NCBI RefSeq assembly: GCF_006345805.1
Contig: NC_043000.1
Location: forward strand, 143,158,001 to 143,222,000
DNA length: 64,000 bases
Source of the DNA: Octopus sinensis
Lineage: Eukaryota
Direction: 5' to 3'
A program made the translations under genes and the position numbers. The notes below the pieces were generated by a model. The model saw only the letters and a program-made list of their open reading frames with translations. It ran no database searches and was not told where the DNA came from. Positions 40,729-53,618 of the stretch are shown in pieces (the first letter of the stretch is position 1; each line of letters opens with the position of its first letter).

Positions 40729-40860
40729 CCAATTTTAAGGGGGCCGCTTGTAACATAGGGAGCTTTGGCTTTATTGCTAGTTCACCGAGTAACCAATTAG
40801 AGGAACCAGTAATCCATATGGTTCCAAGCATAATGTTAAATGGAGTAAATACTGGAATAA
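40729..40860 (+). CDS. Candidate internal host exon (phase 1-1, 132 bp) encoding xNFKGAACNIGSFGFIASSPSNQLEEPVIHMVPSIMLNGVNTGI; N-terminus resembles the end of an EGF-like repeat
   Basis: Acceptor ATATTTTCAG at 40719-40728 and consensus donor GTAAGT at 40861. Length is divisible by 3, the frame is open and the sequence is non-repetitive. F-x-G-x-x-C motif. Confidence 0.5.
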
Positions 40861-40985
40861 GTAAGTCAGTACCTGCCAGACTCCATGATTGGTAAAGACA
40901 CCACACGAAGAATAAATCACGCACAAAAACACATAATACAGTTTTAAAGATAAATTTTTGTGAATGGGGAAACATCTCTCTCCCT

Positions 40986-41236
40986 CTGTTTTGTCTGGGG
41001 AGAGTAATTTTCTTTTTGTGCTTTATAATGTAACACACTCACCGGTAAAATTTCCACTTATTTCTTATTTTTATTTTCCTAAAATTTTCGTTGCGTCTTG
41101 CAACCTTTTCAATAGTCTTTGCAAGACGCACCGAAAATTTTAAGAAAATAAAAATAAGAAATTAATGGAAATTTTACCGGTGACTGTGTTACATTATAAG
41201 GCACAAAAAGAAAATGACTCTCCCCAGACACAACAG
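40986..41236. mobile_element. Fold-back (palindromic) MITE-like element
   Basis: Arms 40986-41103 and 41119-41236 are near-perfect reverse complements around a 15-nt spacer. Confidence 0.8.
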
Positions 41237-42054
41237 AATGTGCTTCAACACACGAACTCATATAAAGAATCTTGCAAGCCAAATCCCAAAACGAAATATC
41301 TCTCCCACTCTTTGTCTGATATTTAATTCCGTGCTAGTGATATTTGTGCATTTATGTGTATGTATTTATCCAAAGGGGATTATACATTTGCGATTTACAG
41401 AAATGATTCTTAGTTAAAAGTCTGGGCAGATCTGAAATGTAATTTACTCAATATTTTCATTCAACACATCACTCTACATCTGTTTGCATCTTACTCATTT
41501 CCGGTATACATTTCAATCATTTGATTATTTTCCTATCGAAGTAAGAGGTCATAATATTTAATATTTACCATCCCACTTTTTAAAGTCAAGAACTGTAAAT
41601 GTAAATTGAAGGTGATTTTTCCAGTTCCTTTCGCTAGTGTTTTTTTTTCTCCTTTTTTCTAAATGGTTTTCTTACTGTAACAAGCCAAATTAATAATTTA
41701 TATGTTCTCTTCAGAATATATATCTAAAATTTAATCTTCTCGTCTGCAAGCTAATCAAAATCGGAGAATATGTAATTCATTTATTTCTCTAACACGAACT
41801 GCCGTTCAGTTTGGTATTATTAAGATTATTACTGCTTGCAACTTGTAGTTTTCTACAAACGAGAGGATACTAGACTAAATGTTGGCATTCTGAGTCTAAA
41901 TCCAAATGAGTTTGACATTGGCTTGACCATATACAAGTTCATTAAAATGCGAAGGGATGCTAGAAAGTATCTAGCATTAAGACTGTCGTGAAAGGCCTGG
42001 TTAGAGTCTTTCGTGAAAGACTGTCGCGAAAGGCCCAACATTCTTAATTCTGTT

Positions 42055-42185
42055 ACAGGGCTTAGAAGAACCGAAGGGCCGCTGCAATAAGTGCGTGGAT
42101 CTGAGAGACGAATTGTTCAGTAAAATCATAATTAAAGGATCTTCCTGTATTTACGTTTACTCAAAGCCAGGAACTTTTTAACATC
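42055..42185 (+). mobile_element. Tc1/mariner transposase 3' remnant
   Basis: GLEEPKGRCNKCVDLRDE resembles the mariner C-terminus GI..L..RW.KCV...G.Y. Confidence 0.45.
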
Positions 42186-42477
42186 CTCTCGTATGTAGCA
42201 GAGAAAGAGTGTCAAAACAAGAAACTATCAGTAACACCATCGCCACCACCATCTTCACCATCTGCAACAACAGCATTAGCTGCCCTGCAGTAATAACAAC
42301 AGCATGAATTGGCAGACAGCTTCTGCCGAAATGCTTCTTGATATTTATTCCCATACCTTTGTATTCTGAGTTCAAATTTCGCTGATGTCGACTTTGTCTC
42401 TCATACCTAAGAATACAAATATCAGCTATACTCCGGGGTCTGTGACGTCCGTTACACTCCTTTTGCTAAATTTGCTT

Positions 42478-42640
42478 AGGTGTAGGAGTGGCTGTGTGGT
42501 AAGTAGCTTGCTTACCAGCCACATGGTTCCGAGTTCAGTCCCACGGCGTGACACCTTGGGCAAGTGTCTTGTACTATGGCCTCAGGCCGACCAAAGCCTT
42601 GTGAGTGGATTTCGTAAACGGAAACTGAAAGAAGCCCGTC

Positions 42641-42679
<39 letters not shown>

Positions 42680-42938
42680 TATACATATGTCTATATACAT
42701 ATGTCTATATATATACGTGTGTGTGTGTTTCCCCCCCCCCACGCAACATTGCTTGACAACCGATGCTGATGTGTTTACGTCCCTGTAACTTAGCGGTTCG
42801 GCAAAAGAGACCGATTGAATAAATACTAGGCTAAGAAAGAATAAGCCCTGGGGTCGATATTTTCGACTAAATGCAGAGCTCCAGCACGGCCGCAGTCAAA
42901 TGACTGAAACAAGTAAAAGAGTAAAAGAATAAAAGAAT
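42478..42938 (+). mobile_element. SINE A, full copy
   Basis: Head AGGTGTAGGAGTGGCTGTGTGG; tail GTAAAAGAGTAAAAGAAT. Confidence 0.9.
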
Positions 42939-43721
42939 ATTATTTATGTTGGAAAACTGTAGTATAACTACCATTATGTTTGCTGGAGGTAGTTGGAGGT
43001 AGTAGTCTTTTGCTGCAATTGACGTTACTATGATCTACTAAGTCCACAGTTGTTTACCGATGATCGCCAGAAAAGAATGAACGTCTCAATAACCCTTGCT
43101 CTCTATGGCTACTTGTGGTGCACCTGAGCACTGTATACAATAATTTCATTATTATTATTATATATTTCATACGCTTCTATTTGTATTTACATCTGCATTT
43201 TCTTCAGCCGCTGCTGCTGCTGCTGCTACTACTACTACTACTATTACTACTACTACTACTACTACTACTCTGTTTATTAGTTGCTTGTAATTCTGAATTC
43301 CATGTATGCAGTATTTCCATTGACAAATATATACATCAAATTCATATCCATTAGCTTTTCATTCTATTTACACACACACACATACACACACACATACACA
43401 TACACACACACACACACAGACGCATGTGCGCACACACACACACCCACGCGCGCACCTAAAGAAAAAAAATTACCGTTTCTCTAAAACATATTTCTATCAG
43501 AATATAAAGGGACACAGAGATAAAAAAAAAAGAAAAAAGAAAAAAAAAGAATCATTCCAGTATTTTGTTATTCATTTCAGTTATATGTATGAGCTGTGTA
43601 AGTTGCGTTCTTGTTGTTGTTCTTCTTGTTGTTGTATCAGTTGTATGAGGTTGTAATTTATAAAAAAAAACCTTCTTATTTCGTTTCGTACTTTGTGCTG
43701 CAAAAAGATGTTGTTGGTGTT

Positions 43722-43752
<31 letters not shown>

Positions 43753-43765
43753 CTATTTTATTTTA

Positions 43766-43809
<44 letters not shown>

Positions 43810-44815
43810 GAAACTTATCTTTATTATTTCATAACTTCAATTTAAGTTCAAATTCTATGTATGTATATACGTGTACACACAGACAGACAGATACACACAC
43901 ACACACACACACACACATCCACAAATACACTCACACATTCACATACATACACCGACACACACATTCACACACACATACATACACACACACACATCAATAA
44001 AATTACACAACGGTAAATCAAATTCAAAGGGAAAAGATAAAAAAAATGTTACGTGTTCTGATATGGGTGAACATTTTTGCCAACATCACATAATTCTGTA
44101 TTTGGTTTGGGATCCTAATGTAATATTGAAACTAACATATTAAATACACACATAAAAAGAAAATTGCATATATTAAAGTTTTGAGTAATTTTTTAAAAAA
44201 TAGTTTGTATTGAATTCTGTTTTCTTTCTATATCTCTTTTGCTTCTATCGTGTTTGTGCATATGTGTGTATGAATGCGCGTGAGTGTTATATGTTTGTTT
44301 GACTGTGTTCGTATGTCTGTGTATTAAATGTATTTGTATTCCATATATTTCACAAATGCATTTATATTTAGTTTATTATCAACATCACAGCCCTCATAAC
44401 ACTCATAAACACAAATATATTATCACACATAAAACGACACGCCTACACACATACACACACACACATACACACACACACACATACACACACACACACATAC
44501 ACACACACACACATACACACACATTTGGTGTGATGTTTTATAATTCATTGAACTTTTAAGATTACGGACTTGTCAATATTAGTTAAATGTAGATTTTAGT
44601 AAAATACATATTAATTGCAAATAGATTTATTCCCACTAGCAGTTTTGTTTCAGTGGCAAATATTTTCATTTGAGGCTACCATCTCGTCCTCAAGCCACAT
44701 TTACAGTAATATCAATGATTGCATATATTAATAAAACGTCACTCATTTTGGGACATGGTATAATCGAGTTTACTGAAACCGGAACGAGGGAAAGTAAAGT
44801 CGATATTGGATAGAT

Positions 44816-44874
<59 letters not shown>

Positions 44875-45224
44875 ATCTATCTATCTTCAACATGGCACAC
44901 AGATATTAAATGAAGATTATATTTTACACGCGTGCGCATATATACACATACATGCAGTGGTTTATAAGGCGACGCTCATACCACCAAATATTTTCACGAA
45001 GAAACTACAGCGAGCTCACGGTCAACATCCCCATTGGAATTTCATTCCTATATTTTCCTTTAACTCCAAATACACAGGAATTTCTACTTCTCTTAGTCAA
45101 AGTAATACATCAAAATTCTCTTCAAAGTATTAATTGACGGAGGAGTAATGGCATAAAAAATTTCTAGGATCTCATTATGTAGTGGTTGCAAAAGTTGTTA
45201 TTTTCCGGGCAGAAATTATCCTTA

Positions 45225-45686
45225 GATAAAGAATTTTACCCCGAGTATTATGCCAGATTCCTAGTCCTCAATCCTAAAAATGAATGGATAGCTGGATGCT
45301 GTTTTTGTCTGAGTGGATTTCGGAAAGAATATGAACGTTGATTAAAGCCTAAATTAAGCGTTTTTAAACGTGAATCCAGGATAATACTGATTTCAACTTT
45401 GGCTTTAGGCAAGCAAGTATATACATACATACATACACCGAAAGAGATCAAAGAGGAAAAGGATCCCATCAACTTTAAACGGAGTCTGGATAGATTCCTT
45501 CAAAGAATAGCAGATAAGCCACCCATAATTGAATACAACTCACCCAACAAAAACTCACTACTTGAATGGACCATAAACAAAACTTGACTTAAACAGGATT
45601 CAAATAATCCTATGAGGTGGTGCCATTAAGTTAGACATGGCCTGGACCAATCTTTGGTCGAAACATATCTAAGTTTATCTAAGTTT

Positions 45687-45690
<4 letters not shown>
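45225..45690 (+). mobile_element. CR1/L2-like LINE 3' fragment (second family)
   Basis: PKEIKEEKDPINFKRSLDRFLQRIADKP..NSLLEW; tandem TATCTAAGTT tail. Confidence 0.75.
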
Positions 45691-45733
<43 letters not shown>

Positions 45734-45766
45734 ATTATATATATATATTTATGTATATATATACAC

Positions 45767-45809
<43 letters not shown>

Positions 45810-45852
45810 TATATATATATACACATATGTATATATACATATATATATATAC

Positions 45853-45885
<33 letters not shown>

Positions 45886-46376
45886 CATATTATATATATA
45901 TATATATATACATACATTTATATATACATTTATATATATTTTCACTCATACCCAAAGTACACACTGCCATACATATGTATGTATTTATAGTTTACCGCAA
46001 TGAGTTATACTGGAGGTTGTTTGGGAGACAAACACTCAAGACTATATCTACTGACAAATACAAACGGAATAGGTGATATGTGACTATTTTATGTAGTATG
46101 TTTTGTCTGCACGTGAGTTCATCTCTTTAAAATTAACAGACTTTCAGAGTAGTGTTGATTTGCTAACTCTTTTTGTGAACTTCTTTGAAAACAAATCTAT
46201 CTGATATCTATCGTCATTAATTATGCAGGCAATAGTAGAAATATGCAAGAGCAACACTCGCGCACTATGAGGTTCATTGAATAGTCTTCAAATGACTTAA
46301 TTTTCGTATCACAATTCTTCAACAAACGCATATCCTTGCATATTTTTGGATATTAAGCATAATGCTATATCAAGCC

Positions 46377-46788
46377 GGCGAGCTGGCAGAAACGTTAGCA
46401 CGCCGGGCGAAATGCTTAGCGGTATTTCGTCTGCCGTTACGTTCTGAGTTCAAATGCCGCCGAGGTCGACTTTGCCTTTCCTCCTTTCGTGGTCGATTAA
46501 ATAAGTACCAGTTACGCACTGGGGTCAATATAATCGACTTAATCCGTTTGCTTGTCCTTGTTTGTCCTCTCTGTGTTTCGCCCCTTGTGGGTAGTAAAGA
46601 AATAGGTATTTCGTCTGCCGCTACAGTCTGAGTTCAAATTCCGCCGAGGCCGACTTTGCCTGTCATCCTTTCGGGGTCAATAAATTAAGTACCAGTTACG
46701 CACTGGGGTCGATGTGATCGACTTAATCCGATTGTCTGTCCTTGTTTTCCCCCTCTATGTTTAACCCCTTGTAAGCAATAAAGAAATA
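46377..46788 (+). mobile_element. SINE B head-to-tail dimer (head plus two 184-nt units)
   Basis: Junction AAAGAAATA|GGTATTTCG at 46604/46605; TSD-like 16/19 match at 46355-46373 and 46788-46806. Confidence 0.92.
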
Positions 46789-47902
46789 AGCATAAATCTA
46801 TAGCAACATTGTAGTTGTCCATTGTGTGTATCTTTTACAAACATTGATATTCGCACAGAGATATTGTGGACATTCTTTAAGCAGCATTCCCCCTTGGACA
46901 GCATCGATTCATTGGAAAGGAAGGCATACAAGGTTGAACAACTACTGATCTTATGTAAGAAAGCTTCTTAAGGCCTGCACCACTGGTGATGTACTTTCTA
47001 AATGAAAATCGGGTAAGAAATAGCAAACAAAACTTTTCCATGTCACACTCTACTGACCCGGAAAGTAAAGGTTACATTGGCTAATGCATTTCTAAATGCA
47101 GAGTACCTGAGAAAAGGTATTTCAAAATGTTTTTGAAATGCCTCTGATCATACTTCTACATCCTCAATGATGTCTTGGAACTACATAAAAATCACGGTAT
47201 TTATATGCATTCATGCAAGCATACATACACATGCGCGCCCATAAATACGCGTATGTATATATGTCTACGAGAGAGGGGAAAATTAATTACTCGAAACAGA
47301 AACAGCAGTGTATCACCTCTCCAAAACGCCCAGCAAGAAGATAAATATAGTCAAAATCTGTATGTTTGAATCTAGATTGAACTTTTAAAGATAAGATACT
47401 CATCTCGAACTATAGTAGTTACGATGAGGCAAACGTCACATCGGTATTAAATAACAGAATTCAGAGAATTAATATATTATGGAAGAAATAATTTCTGTTG
47501 TTATCTAGAAGTTCAGTAAAATACAATCAGAATGAATGATTACTCATTAAGTATTTAATAAATTAGTAATTTAGAACTACAAAGGAAAGCTTTCTGAATC
47601 TAACATTTATATCTACTCTTCACGTGCTTAGATTGAGAATTGCATCTAGGAAAGACAATTATTTTTGCTACCTGTTAGTCTTCACTTATTAGAATTTAGT
47701 GATTTATCAAGTAATTTACTCTATCGTATGAGATTTAATATCGTGCACTAATCGTAAATTATATTATATGTTATCTTAAACAAGATTGCTGAGAGTTTTG
47801 CTACATCTTTATCAAATTATGCAAAGTTTGATATTCTACAAAATTATAGTAGGAAAAGGTGACTGCTAATTTGAATTGACGTAGGGCTAAGCAACAGCAA
47901 AA

Positions 47903-47947
<45 letters not shown>

Positions 47948-47950
<3 letters not shown>

Positions 47951-48095
47951 GCATGAAGGTGCGTGGCCTAATTATGTGTTGAGCTTACGATCATAAGTTC
48001 GTTGGTTCTATTCCTTAGTCGAGCAATGCGTTGTGTCTTCTCCTACGGCATAAAAATTCACATTGCTTTAGTTTACGCGGGTGAAAATTAACACC
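47948..48095 (+). mobile_element. Degenerate SINE C 5' part
   Basis: Aligns by eye to the reverse complement of 48420-48552. Confidence 0.6.
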
Positions 48096-48264
48096 GTTTT
48101 CTCTGTTTCTATCGTGAATGTTTCGCTGAGACAGGGATATCCGTGTCAAGGGGTTGCCTATGTCTGCTCACGACTACCTAGATACGTAAAAATGTTAGTG
48201 GAGATGCGGTACAATCTGCCAGGTCATAAAATACTACGTGTGACAGTTAAGCAAGCATTAGAAC

Positions 48265-48552
48265 TGCGCTCACTCGGTGTCTCATTCTATGTGGGGTCTT
48301 TTGCACCCTTTTTTTTAAAGCCTAGCCAGGCTCATGGGCCCGGTTTCCCGGTTTCAATGGCTTATGTGTTCCCCAGCTGGACAGGACGCCAGTGCATCGC
48401 AGCGTTACACATTTTTGCCAGCTGAGTGGACTGAAGCAACGTGAAATGAAGTGTTTTGCTCAAGAACACAACGCGTCGCCCGGTCCAGGAATCGAAACCA
48501 CAATCTTACGATCATAATGCTGACACCCTAAACACTAAGCCACGCGCCTCCA
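48265..48552 (-). mobile_element. SINE family C (same head and core, different tail)
   Basis: Head GGAGGCGCGTGGCTTAGTG...GGTTTCGATTCC; core GTGTTCTTGAGCAAAACACTTCATTTC. Confidence 0.8.
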
Positions 48553-48709
48553 CCCATTCCATGTGTAGATGTTTTAAATATTGAAAAATGCAATTCAATT
48601 TAGTCAACTTTGCCTTTCATTCTTCCGGAGTCGATTAAATAAATTACTTGTCCATGAATGTGGATTGACGGAATGGCGTTAAAGGTTTAACTGAATATTT
48701 TATATAACA

Positions 48710-49106
48710 CTAGCAGTATCGCCCGGCGTTGCTCGGGTTTGTAAGGGAAATAACTATATAAGCATTTTTAGAGAGTTATAGCCAAAAAATAGCAAAACAT
48801 GCATTAAAAATGGAAAACAAATGATGGTAAATTTTTATTTAAAATCGTTGACTTATCGTAGACATTTTTAGAGAGTTACTTCCCTTATATGATAGCGAAA
48901 AAATGCATTAAAATGGAAAAAATGATGGTAATTTTTTTTTTAAATCGTAGACTCATCGTAGACGCGCGCTAATAACCAGAAGGGCTCGATATGAATCACG
49001 ACTATAAGATACCCGGTTTTGGTTAAACTGCACCGCAAAATGTGGGAGTAGTTAGGAATCTAAATCGTAGGAGACAGACACACAACTTCTCTTTTATATA
49101 TAAAGA
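48710..49106 (-). mobile_element. Non-autonomous Helitron, near-identical inverted copy
   Basis: Reverse complement of 39597-39992 with the same A|TC...CTAG|T termini. Confidence 0.85.
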
Positions 49107-49862
49107 TATTCCGGCCATTTACCTCCTGTGTTAGCTCGCGACAACAGTGACGTGAGGCTGCATTGGTCATTGCGTGGAGAGAGTGAAACTAAGGACATGG
49201 GAAATTTTAGTCTTTCAGAAAAAGAAAATTCGCGGGCGTGTGTCTCAGAGTAGGATTCGTCGGGTACAGATAAACGGTTATCCATAAAAATGCAAACTTT
49301 GGAAGTGTGATTAACGTAAGAAACGATTCAATGATGACCAAAGTAAGAAAGAAAAAAATGCTTCTTATTTTAAGATAAAGATTTATACTTACATTGTACG
49401 GATACTTTAATCTGTCTGCTGACTGTAGGTGGTACACCGTTAAAAGCAACACATTCATAAATATCATCACAATACCGAGAGATATTGCGAATTTTTAACA
49501 CTTCTCCACTCATACCGATTTCTGCAAAAGAAAAAAAAAATACAATGTTAACACATTTATATTTTAGATTAAAATAATAATGACAATGATAATACGCACT
49601 TAATAAATATATAAATAAATAAATAAATTATGGAACACATAAATAAATGCTTTGAAAGCGTGAGATTCTTGGGTCGTCTGTAAATACTGCATATCTAAAT
49701 ATTTACCTGTTCTTTAATTCAGAAAGTTTTCGGGTCGTTTAGAAATGTCAATATTTAGAAAGGATGAAATAAACTATCCGAATTATGTCAGAAAGTTGAG
49801 TTAATGTATATAAAACCATTAATTAATCAATCAGTTAATTAAAAAATTAATCAATCAATCAA

Positions 49863-49930
<68 letters not shown>

Positions 49931-49933
49931 CCA

Positions 49934-50132
49934 AGCTGGCAGAAACATTAGGATGCCGGGCAAAAATGTTTCGCGGTATTTCGTGCTACCTTACGTATTG
50001 ACTTCAAATTCCGCCGAGTCAACTTAGCATTTCATCCTTTCGGATTCGATAAAATAATTACTAGTTGAGCACTGGGGCTGATGTTATCGACTTAACCTCA
50101 CAACTTGCTGCCCTCTACCAAAATTTGAAAAC
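49934..50132 (+). mobile_element. Older SINE B-related variant ending CCAAAATTTGAAA plus ATT/GTT tail
   Basis: Same motifs as 25614-25808. Confidence 0.75.
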
Positions 50133-50189
50133 ATTATTAACATTGTTCTTGTTATTGTTTTTGTTGTTGTTGTTATTATTATTATTATT

Positions 50190-52983
50190 CAGTAGTTTTA
50201 TTTTTTTTGGCGTGCTTTCACTTCACTACCGAGCGCAGCTCTGTGTGCCTTGGGTATGTGCTGTGATTTGTTGTGATGCTCTGATGGTTATTGTATGGAA
50301 AGTGTTCTGCGTAGGATGTGTGCAGTGCCTAGTAGTGCAATTTTCTGTATGTTATATGTGTTTGTAAGTCCTGGTGTTTTTGTTATGTATTTGTCTGAAT
50401 ATTTTTTTATCATGCCTAATGCACCTACTATGATAGGAATTGTTTCTGTTTTCAGGTTCCACATTCTAGTTACCTCTATTTCCAGGTCTTTGTATTTTGA
50501 GAGTTTCTCCATTTCTTTTAGAGACACGTTGTCATCTGCCGGTATTGATACATCAATTAGAAAGCATTTTTTCTTCATGATCTCTGACAACTATATCTGG
50601 TCTGTTGGCCTTAATTTCTCTATCTGTGTGTATCGGCATATCCCAGAGTATGGTTGCTTTCTCGTTTTCTGTGACCTTTTCTGGTGTGTGCCTATACCAT
50701 CTTTTTTCTGTTGTTATTCCATAATGTTGGCATAGCTTCCAATGTATGTAGGTTCCAACTCTGTCATGTCTGTGAATATATTCTTTCTTAGCCAGGACTG
50801 GGCAGCTAGAGATAATATGATTTATTGTTTCTTGTCCATCTCTACATATTCTGCAGTTACTTGTAATATTTCTTTTCATTACATGTTTTTGGTAATTTCT
50901 GGTGGGGAGGCTTTGGTCTTGTGCTGCAATTAAAAATCCCTCTGTTTCTGCTTTGAGTCCTGAGCTTCTCAACCATTGCTGAGATTTTTCTTTGTCTATT
51001 TCTTTTGCGTTTAGTTTAGTGCAGTATTTACCATGAAGGGACTTTTCTTGCCATCGTTTTATCATGGCTCGTTGCTGTTCTATTTTTAGTTTGGATTTCA
51101 TTTGTTTTATAGCTTTTGTTGTGTCTTCATCATCTTCTTCTTCTTTGTGTTTATTAGGTGGTATGATTTCTTGTTTGTATTTGTCAGCTTCCTTAAATAC
51201 TGAGAACAGTTTTTTGTTTTGCTCGTGTTTTGCTGCTATCTGGATCAATTTTCCTTCCTTCTGAAGTAGGTATTTTTGCAGTCCTATGGTGGTTATTTTA
51301 TAGTAGTTTTCCAGCTGTATAAGGCCTCTACCACCTTCTATACGTTGTATATATAGTCTTTCTATGTCAGATTTTGGGTGATGCATCCTAGATCCTGTCA
51401 GTATTTTTCTTGTTTTCCTATCTATTTTGGACAGTTCATTTCGTGTCCAGTTAAGGATATTGTAGCTGTAACTTATAACTGGGACAGCTAAAGTGTTGAT
51501 ACCTATTATCTTGTTTTTAGCATTGAGCTCTGTTTTTAGTATTGATCTAACTCGTCTATAATATTCTTTTTTATTTTCTCTTTCATTTGTGTGTGTTGTG
51601 TCTTATCTAGTTCATGGATTCCTAAGTATTTGTAAGTTTGGCTTTGGTCTAATTCTTTTATTTCATTGGTTTTATCTAGTGTGATGTTGTTACTCTTAAC
51701 TAGTTTTCCTCTTTTCATGGTTACTTTGGCGCATTTTTCTAATCCAAATTTCATATCTATTTCTTTGGTAAATCCATGAACTGTCTTTAATAGTGTTTCC
51801 AGCTGTTTGTCATTTGCAGCGTATAGTTTTAGGTCATCCATATATAAAAGGTGGCTGATCGTTTTGCCGTAACATTTATATCCGCATCCAGTTCTATTTA
51901 GCATATCAGATAGAGGTGACAGTGCCAAGCAGAAAAGGAGTGGAGAGAGCGTGTCTCCCTGGAATATTCCTCTTCTAATGGGGATGTCTTTGGTTTTCAT
52001 GAGTCCCTCTTTTGTTTGGAGGTGTAGGACTGTTTGCCATTTATTCATAGAGTGCTCTATGAATTTTATGATTGTTGGTGCTACTTTGTTAATGGCTAGT
52101 GTTTCGAGGATCCATGTGTGGGGGATGCTATCAAACGCCTTTTTGTAGTCAATCCAGGCCATACTGAGGCCTTTCTTCTTTCTGTGGCTGTCTTCAGTTA
52201 CGGCTTTATTAATCATTAGTTGATCTTTACAGCCATATGAGCCCTTGCGGCATCCTTTCTGCTCTTCTGGGAACAGTTTGTTTTCGTCCATGTGCTTGTT
52301 CAGCCTTTGTGATATCACTGCAGTAAATGCCTTGAACATAGTAGGGAGGCAGGTTATTGGTCTGTAGTTTTCTGGTTTTGTTGTTTCATTTGATTTGGGA
52401 ATTAAGATGGTTTTCCCCTTCGCGAGCCATTCAGGCATTGTCTCTGGCTCTGCTAGTATGCTGTTAAAGTTTTCAGCCAGCATTTTGTGCATTCCTGTTA
52501 GATATTTCAACCAGAAGTTGGGGATCTTGTTATGCCCAGGTGCCTTCCAGTTGCTTAGTTTTTGCAGTGCCTGGGTGACCTCTTCAGTTGTTATGGGGGT
52601 CCAAAGTTGTTCAGATGCCGAGTTTGTTATTTTCATACTCCTTTTTTTTGGCTGTTCGTTCGCCGACCATATTTCTTTCCAGAATTCTTCCAATTCTTCT
52701 GCCGTTGGTGCTGCAGTGACTTCTACTTTATTTTTGCCCAGTTCTTGGTAGAACTTTTTAGAGTCGGAGTTGAACTTTTTGTTCTGTTCAAAGAAGCGTT
52801 GGCGTTTCTCGTACCGGCGGATCCTTTGAGCTTTGGCAAGGATATTTTGCTTCAGCTTTTCTTTTATCTCCGGCAAATCTTTTTCTGTGATGTTATATTT
52901 GCGGAGCATTTTTGTTCTCTTTTTGTTGCTCAGTAGCGTTGCTTGTTTGCTGATTTCATTAAGAATCGACAGGTCTTTTCTAA

Positions 52984-52986
<3 letters not shown>
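50190..52986 (-). mobile_element. R4/Dong-clade non-LTR retrotransposon, 5'-truncated, inserted in a (TAA)n microsatellite
   Basis: RT motifs YRPITCLPT, EEQKGCRKGS, WIDYKKAFDSIPH, GIFQGDTLSPLLF, LLYMDDLKLY, YKYLG. CCHC finger CRICRDGQETINHIISSC followed by RHD. Restriction-like endonuclease RPDIV..LIDVSIP..KLSKYKDL. (TAA)n-type repeats abut both ends; the reading frame is open up to the 5' junction. Confidence 0.95.
50288..52986 (-). pseudogene. RT/RLE polyprotein of the Dong element, split into three frames by two indels
   Basis: ORF-track pieces 51536-52909, 50553-51386 and 50288-50590 join into one R4-type protein. Frameshifts fall in A-runs at 51567-51572 (KEKIKK|EYYRRVRSIL) and 50567-50572 (HEEK|KCFLIDVSIP). 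No in-frame stop codons were seen elsewhere. Confidence 0.9.
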
Positions 52987-53032
<46 letters not shown>

Positions 53033-53035
53033 ACT

Positions 53036-53330
53036 TTGCGTGTATAATAAAGCAACGTATTGTAATCACTCATCTTTGTCTGTGTGTTTGCAAAATAACT
53101 GAAAAATGGCTGAACGGTTTTTCACCAAATTTAGCAAAAATACTTATTGGGTGAGTGGCTCGAAATGAGATGAAAATTTTGTTTGATTATCTTCAAAGAT
53201 ACGTAAATGCAAACATAGATATGCGACTCTTTATGTGTGTATAGAGATGAATTCGAGGGTTTCGTTTATTTACGAGTTGGCTTCTTAATTTCACAGCAGT
53301 ATAAATACCTATAATGCTGATACTTAAAAC
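53036..53330 (+). mobile_element. Possible degraded Helitron/Helentron-type non-autonomous element
   Basis: TATAATAAAG head, short TG tract, then AAAAATGGCTGAACGGTTTTTCACCAAATTT, resembling the HINE/DINE-like core. The 3' end is not resolved. Confidence 0.35.
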
Positions 53331-53519
53331 AAAAAATATCTTTTAAATAAAAAGAAAATCGAAATTACAAATTTCCCGATAAGCAAGTTTAGTCAAATTC
53401 TAACAAAGCTTAATTTAGTTCAATTAAAAAACATACGTAAGTACCGCGTCGTAAGCCACACTGCAATCTGCCAAAAAGCTATCTGCGCTTAGAGTATGCA
53501 TCACCCCACCGATGCCTTT

Positions 53520-53553
<34 letters not shown>

Positions 53554-53554
53554 G

Positions 53555-53618
<64 letters not shown>

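Noticed and set aside
46859-46954. Phase 1-1 exon candidate ILWTFFKQHSPLDSIDSLERKAYKVEQLLIL
   Set aside because: Overlaps sequence resembling a decayed DNA-transposon end (AGGTTGAACAACTACTG); weak acceptor.
49231-49268. Hammerhead-like CCGACGA...GAGAC on the minus strand
   Set aside because: Several core mismatches and no helix I or II pairing.
52900-53035. HDV-like ribozyme at the 5' end of the Dong element
   Set aside because: The element is truncated inside the ORF; no 5' UTR is present.
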